The notes below the pieces were generated by a model. It was not told where the DNA came from. It was given only the letters and a program-made list of their open reading frames with translations, and searched no databases. From a virus (taxonomy: Duplodnaviria; Caudoviricetes), in the IMG/VR virus record IMGVR_UViG_3300042695_000544, positions 1 through 33,589 of that record: a stretch of DNA of 33,589 nucleotides; one strand, written 5' to 3'. The position numbers and the translations under genes are program-made. Shown here piece after piece: positions 1 to 7,094 of this stretch (positions are counted from its first letter, which is position 1; each line of letters starts with the position of its first letter).

Positions 1-104
1 GCCTGGCCGACGTAGCCCTCGCCGACCTGATTACGGAAGACGCGGACGTGCGGTTTAGATCCAGCGGCGCGGAGGATCAGGGCTTGGAGTTCGGATTCGG
101 TCAT
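1..104 (-). CDS. VRR-NUC-like nuclease, N-terminal part (runs off the window)
   Basis: Not in the ORF track. ATG at 104 overlaps the helicase stop (ATGA). Reads MTESELQALILRAAGSKPHVRVFRNQVGEGYVGQ, matching the typical 'E..lQ..I....vFRnnvG' start of phage VRR-NUC proteins, which commonly sit beside SF2 helicases. Confidence 0.75.
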   Translation of the reverse strand, partial: MTESELQALILRAAGSKPHVRVFRNQVGEGYVGQ

Positions 105-1465
105 AGAGATTTGCGTTGACGTGCTTGCCAGCGGAAGAAGGCCCAGCCTAGCTTATATCCCCGCTGCTTGGCGAGTGCTCGGAAGTCGTCGAGCGTTTTG
201 CATTTGCCTTCTTCACGGCGATCTTCGCGTTTCTTGGAGATGTCTTCGATCGACAGACGTTGAAGCTCACCATCGACTTCTTCGATTTCGCGAGCGGCTA
301 TCTCACGCTGCGATCCGCACTGAGGGCAAACGGTTCCTGCAAAAATCGCGAAGCACTTGGAGCACTGCTTGGTTTCGACGAGGGAGGATTTCTTCAATCG
401 CTTCTCGCGCCCGCTAAGGTCCCAGTCGCGCTCCTGCTCAGCGAGTCCATGGCGGAGACAGTTCCCGACGTGATCGAGGATGATCGCGTTAGCCTTGCCC
501 GGGTACGGCCGCAGGGCCCGGCCCACCTGCTGAAGGTGCATAGACAGAGACTGAGTCGGCCGAAGCAGGATGGCCGCGTTCACGGCAGGCAGATCGAATC
601 CCTCGGAAATGAGTTCGCAGGATGTAAGGACCAGGATTTTTCCAGCGGTCAGATCCTCCACGCGCTGCTTACGAACATCAGGCTCAAGGGTTCCATCGAT
701 GCTAGCAGATGGTATTCCGCAAGAGTTAAACGTATCGGCGACGTGCTGAGCGTGAGCGACCGATATACAGAACGCGACGGCCCGCTGTCGGTTACAGAAT
801 CTTACGTAATGAGTCACGGCATCGCCTGTGATGCGTGGCGTATCGACGATCTCCTCGGTCTCGGAGCGATCGAAGTCGCCGGCAATCGTGTGGACCTGAG
901 ATAGATCGACTGCCTCACGAGGTGCGTAGTACACCGGCTGCGCCAGGAATCCGTTGTCGATGAGCCACTGAACCGACGGACCCATGACCATGCGGTCGAA
1001 CATGACCCCGAGGCCCTTGCCATCGAGGCGCTCTGGGGTCGCCGTCACGCCGATAAACTTGGCGGTCGGCCATGCTGCAAACATCTGAACGTAGGACTTG
1101 GAGACCGAGTGGTGCGCTTCGTCGATGATAACGAGGTCTGGAGCGGGTATAGTATCCAGGCGCCGCGCTAAGGTCTGGATCGAAGCGACCATGGCAGGCT
1201 GAGTGGACGCGGATTTACCCGCCTGAATGAAGCCATGAGGGACGCCAACGCGCTTCAGAGTGGCGCTGATTTGATCAAGGATTTCGCGGCGATGCGCGAT
1301 GATGATAACGCGAGACCCCCGCTTGAGGACCTGGGACGTGATGTAGGAAAAGAGGACTGTTTTACCGGAGCCAGTAGGGCTCACCGCCAGCGGGCGGTTT
1401 GCTCCAGATCCGAACGCCCCTCTGATATCGTTTGCCAGCTGGTTTTGGTAAGGCCGGAGTTCCAT
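101..1465 (-). CDS. SF2 (DEAD/DEAH-like) helicase with C-terminal Zn ribbon
   Basis: Q motif LRPYQ, Walker A SPTGSGKT, IIDEAHH, TATPER, SEGFDLP, QQVGRALR, then CSKC...CPQC. Start placed at MELRPYQ (1465), just after the upstream TAA. Confidence 0.93.
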   Translation of the reverse strand: MELRPYQNQLANDIRGAFGSGANRPLAVSPTGSGKTVLFSYITSQVLKRGSRVIIIAHRREILDQISATLKRVGVPHGFIQAGKSASTQPAMVASIQTLARRLDTIPAPDLVIIDEAHHSVSKSYVQMFAAWPTAKFIGVTATPERLDGKGLGVMFDRMVMGPSVQWLIDNGFLAQPVYYAPREAVDLSQVHTIAGDFDRSETEEIVDTPRITGDAVTHYVRFCNRQRAVAFCISVAHAQHVADTFNSCGIPSASIDGTLEPDVRKQRVEDLTAGKILVLTSCELISEGFDLPAVNAAILLRPTQSLSMHLQQVGRALRPYPGKANAIILDHVGNCLRHGLAEQERDWDLSGREKRLKKSSLVETKQCSKCFAIFAGTVCPQCGSQREIAAREIEEVDGELQRLSIEDISKKREDRREEGKCKTLDDFRALAKQRGYKLGWAFFRWQARQRKSL

Positions 1466-1470
1466 AGGTG

Positions 1471-1674
1471 TTACCCCACGCGAATCAGCCGGTTTCTCCA
1501 GCAAAACATCGCGATTTCTTCGGTATCTCCATCTTTGATTAACCGAATATTTCTTCCTTTGAAGCGGATTTCTTTGAGCGTGTAGATGGGGCCTAGAACG
1601 CCATCATTGAGCCATTGATAACGGGCACCGATTTCAAGTTCGTCTGCCCTGGTAAGTCTGTTTTGTTTATCCAT
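1471..1674 (-). CDS. Small hypothetical protein (67 aa)
   Basis: MDKQNRLTRADELEIGARYQW... Fills the gap between the predicted leftward promoter and the helicase, stopping 5 nt before the helicase ATG. Confidence 0.7.
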   Translation of the reverse strand: MDKQNRLTRADELEIGARYQWLNDGVLGPIYTLKEIRFKGRNIRLIKDGDTEEIAMFCWRNRLIRVG

Positions 1675-1684
1675 CGTGAGCCGT

Positions 1685-1729
1685 AGGCTGCGTTCTGAGG
1701 CTTGACGTGTCAAGCATAAGCTGCACACT
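1685..1729. promoter_or_regulatory. Divergent sigma70-type promoters built on a palindrome (candidate operator)
   Basis: GCTTGAC-GT-GTCAAGC at 1700-1715. Plus strand: TTGACG(1702)-16-CACACT(1724)-6 nt-ATG 1736. Minus strand: TTGACA(1713)-17-CAGCCT(1690)-10 nt-ATG 1674. Confidence 0.7.
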
Positions 1730-1735
1730 GCCGGC

Positions 1736-1927
1736 ATGAAAAACACGGTTCGAGTGAGCTACAGATTGCCGATCGAAGTGGCGAAGATGCTTGAGGATGA
1801 AGCGGTGCGTGCCCGGCGCACGAAGACTGCGGTGCTGATTATTGCGATCGAGGACCACGTTTTGCGGTGTGATGATGAACGGTCGGATTGGGTCGAAAAA
1901 CCCGTTGACACTAAGAAGAAGCGGTAG
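1736..1927 (+). CDS. Ribbon-helix-helix (CopG/Arc-like) DNA-binding protein
   Basis: Alternating strand VRVSYRL followed by P.EV..ML...A....RTKTAVL..AI, the RHH pattern; 63 aa. Confidence 0.8.
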   Translation: MKNTVRVSYRLPIEVAKMLEDEAVRARRTKTAVLIIAIEDHVLRCDDERSDWVEKPVDTKKKR

Positions 1928-1933
1928 AACGAT
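1905..1933 (+). promoter_or_regulatory. Candidate promoter for the capsid operon
   Basis: Perfect TTGACA at 1905-1910, 17-bp spacer, AACGAT at 1928-1933, directly ahead of the long non-coding leader. Confidence 0.55.
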
Positions 1934-1934
1934 A

Positions 1935-2134
1935 CCTGCACGACGCATAGCTTGGTTTCGTCAACCAGGCGCGAACTGGGCGCGTAATTCCAGTTGGCAA
2001 AGAGTGCTGAAGAGCACTCGCCGGTTCCACGGCTCGGGCTCGCCACCGAGGTTGGATTGATGGTCTTAGGACCTGCAATCTGCCTCGTTGTCTCGGAGGG
2101 GTAGATCAAGTAAACCCCGGGCAGGAGAGCCAAT
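1935..2134 (+). ncRNA. Structured 5' leader / candidate cis-regulatory RNA upstream of the capsid gene
   Basis: Six near-contiguous hairpins: 1950-1970, 1974-1995, 1996-2022, 2033-2050, 2055-2080 and 2078-2106. AGGAG at 2123-2127 lies 7 nt before the ATG. Confidence 0.55.
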
Positions 2135-3730
2135 ATGGCCAGTGGAAATGTAATCAGCTGTAAACAGTTTCAGTCTTTTCTTGTCTCGCAGGAACCTGTG
2201 TATGACAAGGAGATCCTCAAGGATATCCGCCCGTTTGACGGGTTGATCGGATACTACAACACCGGATCGTTCGACGCGTATTCCGGCACCACTCACACGT
2301 TTGACCGCTTTAACAGCGTGTTCCCGAATGTGACTGGCGCTTGGGAGAACCCGACCGGCGCCGCCTGTACTGGCACGCCTTGCGATACGGAAGAGAACAA
2401 GATCGGTTGGGGCTTCACCCGCAACACCTACTCGCTTGAAAAGCAGGCGTGGGGTTCGGACCTGTTGTGCTTCGACCAGATTATGACGAAGACGAAGGCC
2501 AAGGAGCACTTCCGTCAGATCATCGACGACGTTCTTCGCCCTGCGACGAACTGGATCACAACCTACTACCTCCAGCGTAAGGCGATGGAGCTGTCTGGTT
2601 ATGATGTTCTCAGCAATACCACCCCTGGCGCTTTTGCTTGTACGGCTGGTCTGCCGGCGATCGCTTTCTCTTGGGTTGGCACTGGTTATTCGGTGCTGCG
2701 TGTTACGAACGTTGCCGCCGCTCCTATTGTCGCCGCGACTGTTGGTCTGTTGACTCCGGACATCCTCCGAAGCCGCGTGACCCGTCAATACTTCCTGGGC
2801 GCCGTTCAGGCCGGTAAAGACGGTTACGACAGCCTCCAGCTGCACACCGACAAGGAAACCTTCCGTTACCTGTCCAAGGATAATCCGTTGCTTGTTAGCT
2901 CCTGGCGTTTTGGTGAGTTCGCTCCCGCTGCCAAGGAGTTCTACAAGTACGGCTTCATGGGATTCGTCGGCGACTTCATGGTGAAGGTGCTGCAATTCCC
3001 GCTGCGATTCGTTTCGACTGCCAACCCTGGCGATTACCGATTGGTTCTTCCCTACAGGAACGTCGTAGCTACCCAGGGTATCCGGTCTGAGTTCAACCCG
3101 GACTACAACGCCGCTCAGTACCAGATCAGCTACATCAACAACCCGCGTGCGTTGCGCGTGTTGCCGTTCCGCCCCGAGGCCGTGAACCCGAATATGCCGT
3201 TCCTGGTTCGGGATTACGGTGGTCGCTGGAAGTTCGCGACCAACGACTTGGGCGCAGATTGCTCCGGTAAACCGATCGACAACAGCCGTGGGAACAAGGG
3301 TAAGTTCATCGCCGACTTCCAGTTGGCCGTGAAACCTGAGCATCCGGAATGGCTTGAAGCGATCTTCCACAAGGTTCAAGGTGCGTGCCCTGTGATTGTT
3401 ACTGGTTGCGCTGCGGATCCTGGCGATCTCGCTCAGAATTACAACTCTGCGGACCCTGTCTGCCCGCGAGTGATTCAGTTCACGGCGACTACTGTCGTTG
3501 GCGGAACTAACTTTGTGCTAAACGCCAATACCAGCATCTTGTGTAATGAAAATTACATCACCAGTGTTGCTATCAATGCTGCAAATGTAGCGGCCTTGGT
3601 GGTTGCAATTCAGGCGGCTTGGACTGCCGAGTTTGGCGCTGGCTCTGGAACCTGGAGCGTTGTCTCTGGCAACTTGATCCAAATTAGCGGAACTACCTGC
3701 GACAGCGTCACGTTGGAGTTCTCGATTTAA
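2135..3730 (+). CDS. Probable major capsid protein with C-terminal extension
   Basis: 531 aa with strongly biased codons (C-ending, CGT/GGT/GCT), an SD, an upstream promoter and a downstream terminator, as expected for the most highly expressed structural gene. No other capsid candidate is in the window. Fold not confirmed. Confidence 0.75.
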   Translation: MASGNVISCKQFQSFLVSQEPVYDKEILKDIRPFDGLIGYYNTGSFDAYSGTTHTFDRFNSVFPNVTGAWENPTGAACTGTPCDTEENKIGWGFTRNTYSLEKQAWGSDLLCFDQIMTKTKAKEHFRQIIDDVLRPATNWITTYYLQRKAMELSGYDVLSNTTPGAFACTAGLPAIAFSWVGTGYSVLRVTNVAAAPIVAATVGLLTPDILRSRVTRQYFLGAVQAGKDGYDSLQLHTDKETFRYLSKDNPLLVSSWRFGEFAPAAKEFYKYGFMGFVGDFMVKVLQFPLRFVSTANPGDYRLVLPYRNVVATQGIRSEFNPDYNAAQYQISYINNPRALRVLPFRPEAVNPNMPFLVRDYGGRWKFATNDLGADCSGKPIDNSRGNKGKFIADFQLAVKPEHPEWLEAIFHKVQGACPVIVTGCAADPGDLAQNYNSADPVCPRVIQFTATTVVGGTNFVLNANTSILCNENYITSVAINAANVAALVVAIQAAWTAEFGAGSGTWSVVSGNLIQISGTTCDSVTLEFSI

Positions 3731-3746
3731 TCGGGTCGATAACAAC

Positions 3747-3775
3747 GGGGCTCTCCTTCGGGAGGGCCCCCTTTT
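3747..3775 (+). terminator. Rho-independent terminator after the capsid gene
   Basis: GGGGCTCTCC-TTCG-GGAGGGCCCC stem with cUUCGg tetraloop, followed by a short CTTTT tail. Confidence 0.85.
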
Positions 3776-3816
3776 GAGGTGCTGGTAGCCGCCCGAAGCG
3801 TTCGGGATGCTAGCAG

Positions 3817-3842
3817 CCTCTCACCAAGACCTCTCACCAAGA
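3817..3842 (+). repeat. Perfect 13-bp tandem duplication
   Basis: CCTCTCACCAAGA at 3817-3829 and again at 3830-3842. Confidence 0.9.
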
Positions 3843-3864
3843 TTTTAAAGAAAAGGATTTTACG

Positions 3865-4131
3865 ATGTACGGACAAATGATGGGTAAACGAAAGATGGAC
3901 GGCATGGGCCGTATGGAACCCGAAGTCGAGACCGTCGAGTTTACTCCGCCCAAGGAGCTAAGACTCGAAGGCGACTCCGGAACCGCAATGGTTGACTGGC
4001 GCACCACGGCGCGTGGCACCATCGAGATTATCGGATTTGACGGCATCACACTTGGTGAGTCCGGCCGGCAGGACGTAGAAGAGATGGAAGGCGCCGAGAT
4101 GGAGATGGATGACATGGAGGAGGAAGCCTAA
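3865..4131 (+). CDS. Small acidic hypothetical protein
   Basis: 88 aa with an M/G/K-rich N-terminus and E/D/M-rich C-terminus; AAAGGA upstream; abuts the next gene. Confidence 0.75.
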   Translation: MYGQMMGKRKMDGMGRMEPEVETVEFTPPKELRLEGDSGTAMVDWRTTARGTIEIIGFDGITLGESGRQDVEEMEGAEMEMDDMEEEA

Positions 4132-4132
4132 T

Positions 4133-4540
4133 ATGCCAGTCTTAACCCCCCAAGAACTCGCCGATACGGGCGGTTGTTTTGACTGCATGATGCCCGTCTT
4201 GCAGCAGACGATGCTGCTGTCGCTGCTCCAGCAGATTCAGGTTGCTTCAACTGACGCTGCCCGCATCACAACGAGCCCAAGTGGACTCCTGACTGCGACT
4301 GCAACGGCCGCTGCCAATCCTAATCGCCGTCGGTTTGTAATCCAGAATCAGAAGACTACCGAGCATCTCCACCTAAAATTTGGAACTGGATGCACAACGA
4401 TTGACTACCACTACACTTTGCTGAGCGCCGCAACCGCTGGCGCCCACGCATCATCCCTGACTTTTGAAGGCTACACTGGCGCGATCAGTGTCGCTACTGC
4501 CACCGGAACCCCGTCCTACACCTTTGCTGAATTTGTATAA
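4133..4540 (+). CDS. Putative virion/decoration protein
   Basis: Start at MPVLTPQEL (4133). Short N-terminal helix, then a beta-rich domain (NPNRRRFVIQNQ...LHLKFG...YTGAISV) of a kind common in phage structural regions. Confidence 0.7.
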   Translation: MPVLTPQELADTGGCFDCMMPVLQQTMLLSLLQQIQVASTDAARITTSPSGLLTATATAAANPNRRRFVIQNQKTTEHLHLKFGTGCTTIDYHYTLLSAATAGAHASSLTFEGYTGAISVATATGTPSYTFAEFV

Positions 4541-4543
4541 CCT

Positions 4544-5689
4544 ATGTCTACTCCTTCAATTCAAACCCTTATTACGCAGGCTCAACAGGTTTTAAACCTG
4601 AAGTCGTCTAATGAGATCCGCGCCACGCTTGCCGCCGTCCTGGCTAACGCAAACGTCGGCACCCCGCTCAATCCGAACCTGACCACGCAACAGCTGTGGG
4701 ACGAGTTCTACGAGATCGTTCGCCAGCCAAGCGACGACATCATGTCGATCATCACCGATCAGATGATGCGGATGGTGTTCTCCCCGCCGGCTCCGGGTGG
4801 TGCTGGTGCGGATAAGCAGGTGATTTTTAATGATGGCGGGGTGTTGGCTGGGGATGCAGGGTTGACTTACAATAAGACGACCGATGCTCTCACCATCACC
4901 GGCGCACTGACGGTGGACAGCCCGACGCTGGTGGTTAATGCGGCTGGATATGCTGATCGAGTGGGTATTGGTACGGCAACGCCTGCGTATTTGCTGGATA
5001 TTGCAGATGCTAGTGCTGCAACCCGTTTCGCTGTTACAAATACTAACAACTCTGCATTCGGGGCTGGCATTTATCTCAAGACGATGAATGGCGCATCAAT
5101 GGTTAGTAATGCGACATTAACTACATTAAATGATGGCACGTTTAATTTATTTACAGGAACAAGTACCGATAGTTCAAAGTTGTCTATTAATACTTCCGGC
5201 GACGTAAATATAGCTCTCGGCAACGTAGTGATGGCTACGTCCGGCAAAGGCATCGACTTCTCCGCGAATAATCCTGATCCTGCCGGAAGAACCTCCGAGC
5301 TACTGAACGATTACGAGGAGGGGACGTGGACGGCCACACTAAAAGGCAGCGTTTCTGATCCGACGACTCCGGTGACGGCGACGGGGAGATACACAAAAAT
5401 AGGTCGCTCTGTTACAGTTACTGTTAATTTTACTGGTGTTAATACAACAGGAGCAAGTGGTGATGTTAGTCTTATTGGTTTACCATTTGCTAACGGTTTA
5501 GTGGCGTGTATTGGAAGTGCTGGAAATGGTGCTAGTTTGGCTTATTCAGGAACTCTTACATCGGTTGTTGATGTGTCAGGAACAACGGTTTTTTTAGTTA
5601 GTCAGATTTCATCATCCTACGCCTCTCTTGCGACTCACGTCGCAGGTACAAATAAAAACTTAACAATCTCAATCACCTATTCTGTATAA
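4544..5689 (+). CDS. Fibre protein (head or tail fibre)
   Basis: Fibre-shaft motifs QVIFNDGG, RVGIGTATP, GKGIDFSA; C-terminal LNDYEEGTWT...GRYTKIGRSVTV...GLPF, typical of phage fibre tips. Confidence 0.8.
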   Translation: MSTPSIQTLITQAQQVLNLKSSNEIRATLAAVLANANVGTPLNPNLTTQQLWDEFYEIVRQPSDDIMSIITDQMMRMVFSPPAPGGAGADKQVIFNDGGVLAGDAGLTYNKTTDALTITGALTVDSPTLVVNAAGYADRVGIGTATPAYLLDIADASAATRFAVTNTNNSAFGAGIYLKTMNGASMVSNATLTTLNDGTFNLFTGTSTDSSKLSINTSGDVNIALGNVVMATSGKGIDFSANNPDPAGRTSELLNDYEEGTWTATLKGSVSDPTTPVTATGRYTKIGRSVTVTVNFTGVNTTGASGDVSLIGLPFANGLVACIGSAGNGASLAYSGTLTSVVDVSGTTVFLVSQISSSYASLATHVAGTNKNLTISITYSV

Positions 5690-5693
5690 CCCT

Positions 5694-5939
5694 ATGCTAA
5701 CAGAACGCACCATTTTCTCGCTCTGCGAGGTTCTTCCTTCAACCGTCCTTCAGGTTCGCCTGTCGGACCAGATCGTCGATGGAGAAGCCGTGAAGGCTTC
5801 CACTTTCCGCCGCTATTGCTTGACTCCCGGCTCAGACCTTACGGGTCAGCCCGAGCAGGTTGTCGCGATTGCTGGAGCCGTATGGACTCCTGCCGCGATT
5901 GCCGCTTACAACGCCAACCTCAAACCCACCATCCAATGA
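5694..5939 (+). CDS. Small fibre-associated protein (paralog A)
   Basis: 81 aa, immediately after the fibre gene; YCLTPGSDLTGQPEQVVAIAGAVWTPAAIAAY. Confidence 0.8.
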   Translation: MLTERTIFSLCEVLPSTVLQVRLSDQIVDGEAVKASTFRRYCLTPGSDLTGQPEQVVAIAGAVWTPAAIAAYNANLKPTIQ

Positions 5940-6196
5940 TCGTACCAGTTGATATTGTCTCAGTGCAGGTAAACCAGAACAACTCGCTGTTCGTCACGAC
6001 CGGAATCGATTACGACAGCGACGGCGCGGTTGTGGGGTCTGAGATTACCGCTCAGTACACACTAAACCCCGGTGATTCGCTGGAAGGTCAGCCAACCGAG
6101 GTGGTGAATATCGCCAATGCGCTGTGGACTCCGGCGGTTGTGGAGGCCTACAAAGCGGCTAATCCGGTGGTTGAAGCCGTTCAGCCTACTGAGTAA
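5936..6196 (+). CDS. Small fibre-associated protein (paralog B)
   Basis: ATGA-coupled start at MIVPVD (5936); YTLNPGDSLEGQPTEVVNIANALWTPAVVEAY aligns with paralog A. Confidence 0.8.
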   Translation: MIVPVDIVSVQVNQNNSLFVTTGIDYDSDGAVVGSEITAQYTLNPGDSLEGQPTEVVNIANALWTPAVVEAYKAANPVVEAVQPTE

Positions 6197-6366
6197 TGGA
6201 ACCAACGAACAGCAGCACCAGCCCTGGACTCAGCCTTGCAGCAGCGGCAGGTGCCACCGCTGCATCATTCCTGCCAATCCTAACCGATTGGGTGCGACTG
6301 GTGACCGCTGTGGTTGGTCTCTTGTGCGCCTGTTACGGAGCCTATAGGCTGTTCAAATCCAAATGA
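6196..6366 (+). CDS. Small membrane protein, holin/antiholin-like (56 aa)
   Basis: Not in the ORF track. TAATG-coupled start; MEPTNSSTSPGLSLAAAAGATAASFLPILTDWVRLVTAVVGLLCACYGAYRLFKSK has hydrophobic segments and a basic C-terminus; its stop overlaps the next ATG. Confidence 0.75.
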   Translation: MEPTNSSTSPGLSLAAAAGATAASFLPILTDWVRLVTAVVGLLCACYGAYRLFKSK

Positions 6367-6557
6367 AAAACACGAAAACAACTCTCGCCGGTATCGGTGC
6401 AATCCTTATCGCTGTCGGTGGCGCCCTTCGGGCTGCCTTCGATGCCGATCCCAGCACCAACATCGACATCGCTTCGACCATTGCAGCGGTGACCGCCGGC
6501 ATTGGTCTTATAATGGCCAAGGACGCCGAGAAGACTCCTGTCGTTCCTCCGGTTTGA
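6363..6557 (+). CDS. Holin-like protein with two TM segments
   Basis: MKNTKTTLAGIGAILIAVG...IAAVTAGIGLIMAKD, a recognisable small-holin pattern (K.WKTT..G / GLI.AKD type). Confidence 0.75.
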   Translation: MKNTKTTLAGIGAILIAVGGALRAAFDADPSTNIDIASTIAAVTAGIGLIMAKDAEKTPVVPPV

Positions 6558-6721
6558 ACTGGATCTACCAACTCGTGAAGGCTCTCTTGGATTTCCTCCG
6601 AGAGACGCCTGCACCAAAAGTGGAAGATGGAAATGCGCCAAAGCCTCTCAAAAACGATTTGGCTGCTCGTGTTGCCAATCTGCCTGGGCTGCCAGCAGAC
6701 AAAAGTAATCCTCGTTCCTAG
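6554..6721 (+). CDS. Possible short i-spanin (Rz-like)
   Basis: TTG start overlapping the holin stop (TTGA); (M)NWIYQLVKALLDFLRETPAPKVEDG...; its 3' half overlaps the lipoprotein gene as in Rz/Rz1 pairs. Confidence 0.5.
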   Translation: MNWIYQLVKALLDFLRETPAPKVEDGNAPKPLKNDLAARVANLPGLPADKSNPRS

Positions 6722-6851
6722 CGGTGATCCGGTGATGCTAGCAGAGCCCGTCCGCGCCCGCGTCTACGCGTTCGATAAGGACGGTAAGCTCTCTGGGCCG
6801 AGTCGGGTTACACTTCCAGCTGGGTGGTACGTACTACCGAAAGCCAAATGA
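6633..6851 (+). CDS. Lipoprotein, o-spanin (Rz1)-like
   Basis: Signal peptide MRQSLSKTIWLLVLPICLG-C with lipobox, then a Pro-rich mature part; lies in the lysis cassette. Confidence 0.65.
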   Translation: MRQSLSKTIWLLVLPICLGCQQTKVILVPSGDPVMLAEPVRARVYAFDKDGKLSGPSRVTLPAGWYVLPKAK

Positions 6852-7093
6852 TTACCTACCGGGGCCAGAAATTCGCCGGGTACAACAAACCGAAGTCAAC
6901 CCCGGGAGCTTCTAAGAAGTCTGCCGTGCTGGCTAAGGAAGACGGCAAGGTCGCTCTCGTGCGCTACGGTGATCCCAAGATGTCAATCAAGAAGCACATC
7001 CCAAAGAACCGTAAAAGTTTTCATGCCCGGCATGGTTGTGACACACCGGGCACGAAGCTCTCTGCAAAGTATTGGTCGTGTAAGGCCTGGTAG
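6848..7093 (+). CDS. Small basic conserved-type phage protein
   Basis: ATGA-coupled start at MITYRG; VRYGDP...RKSFHARHGC...SAKYWSCKAW, a motif set I recognise from small basic phage proteins of unknown function. Confidence 0.8.
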   Translation: MITYRGQKFAGYNKPKSTPGASKKSAVLAKEDGKVALVRYGDPKMSIKKHIPKNRKSFHARHGCDTPGTKLSAKYWSCKAW

Positions 7094-7094
7094 C

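Noticed and set aside
260-904. 214-aa plus-strand ORF opposite the helicase (and similar antisense ORFs at 14663-15247 and 18342-19061)
   Set aside because: Fully antisense to well-supported genes in GC-rich DNA; unprotein-like composition.
1935-2134. tRNA or known riboswitch in the capsid leader
   Set aside because: No T-loop GTTCGA/cloverleaf or aptamer consensus that I recognise; kept only as an unassigned structured RNA.
2066-3379. 437-aa antisense ORF opposite the capsid gene
   Set aside because: Shadow of strong codon bias in the sense gene; no recognisable motifs or translation signals.
4544-5689. Diversity-generating retroelement target in the fibre tip
   Set aside because: No reverse transcriptase and no near-identical template repeat differing at adenines seen in the window.
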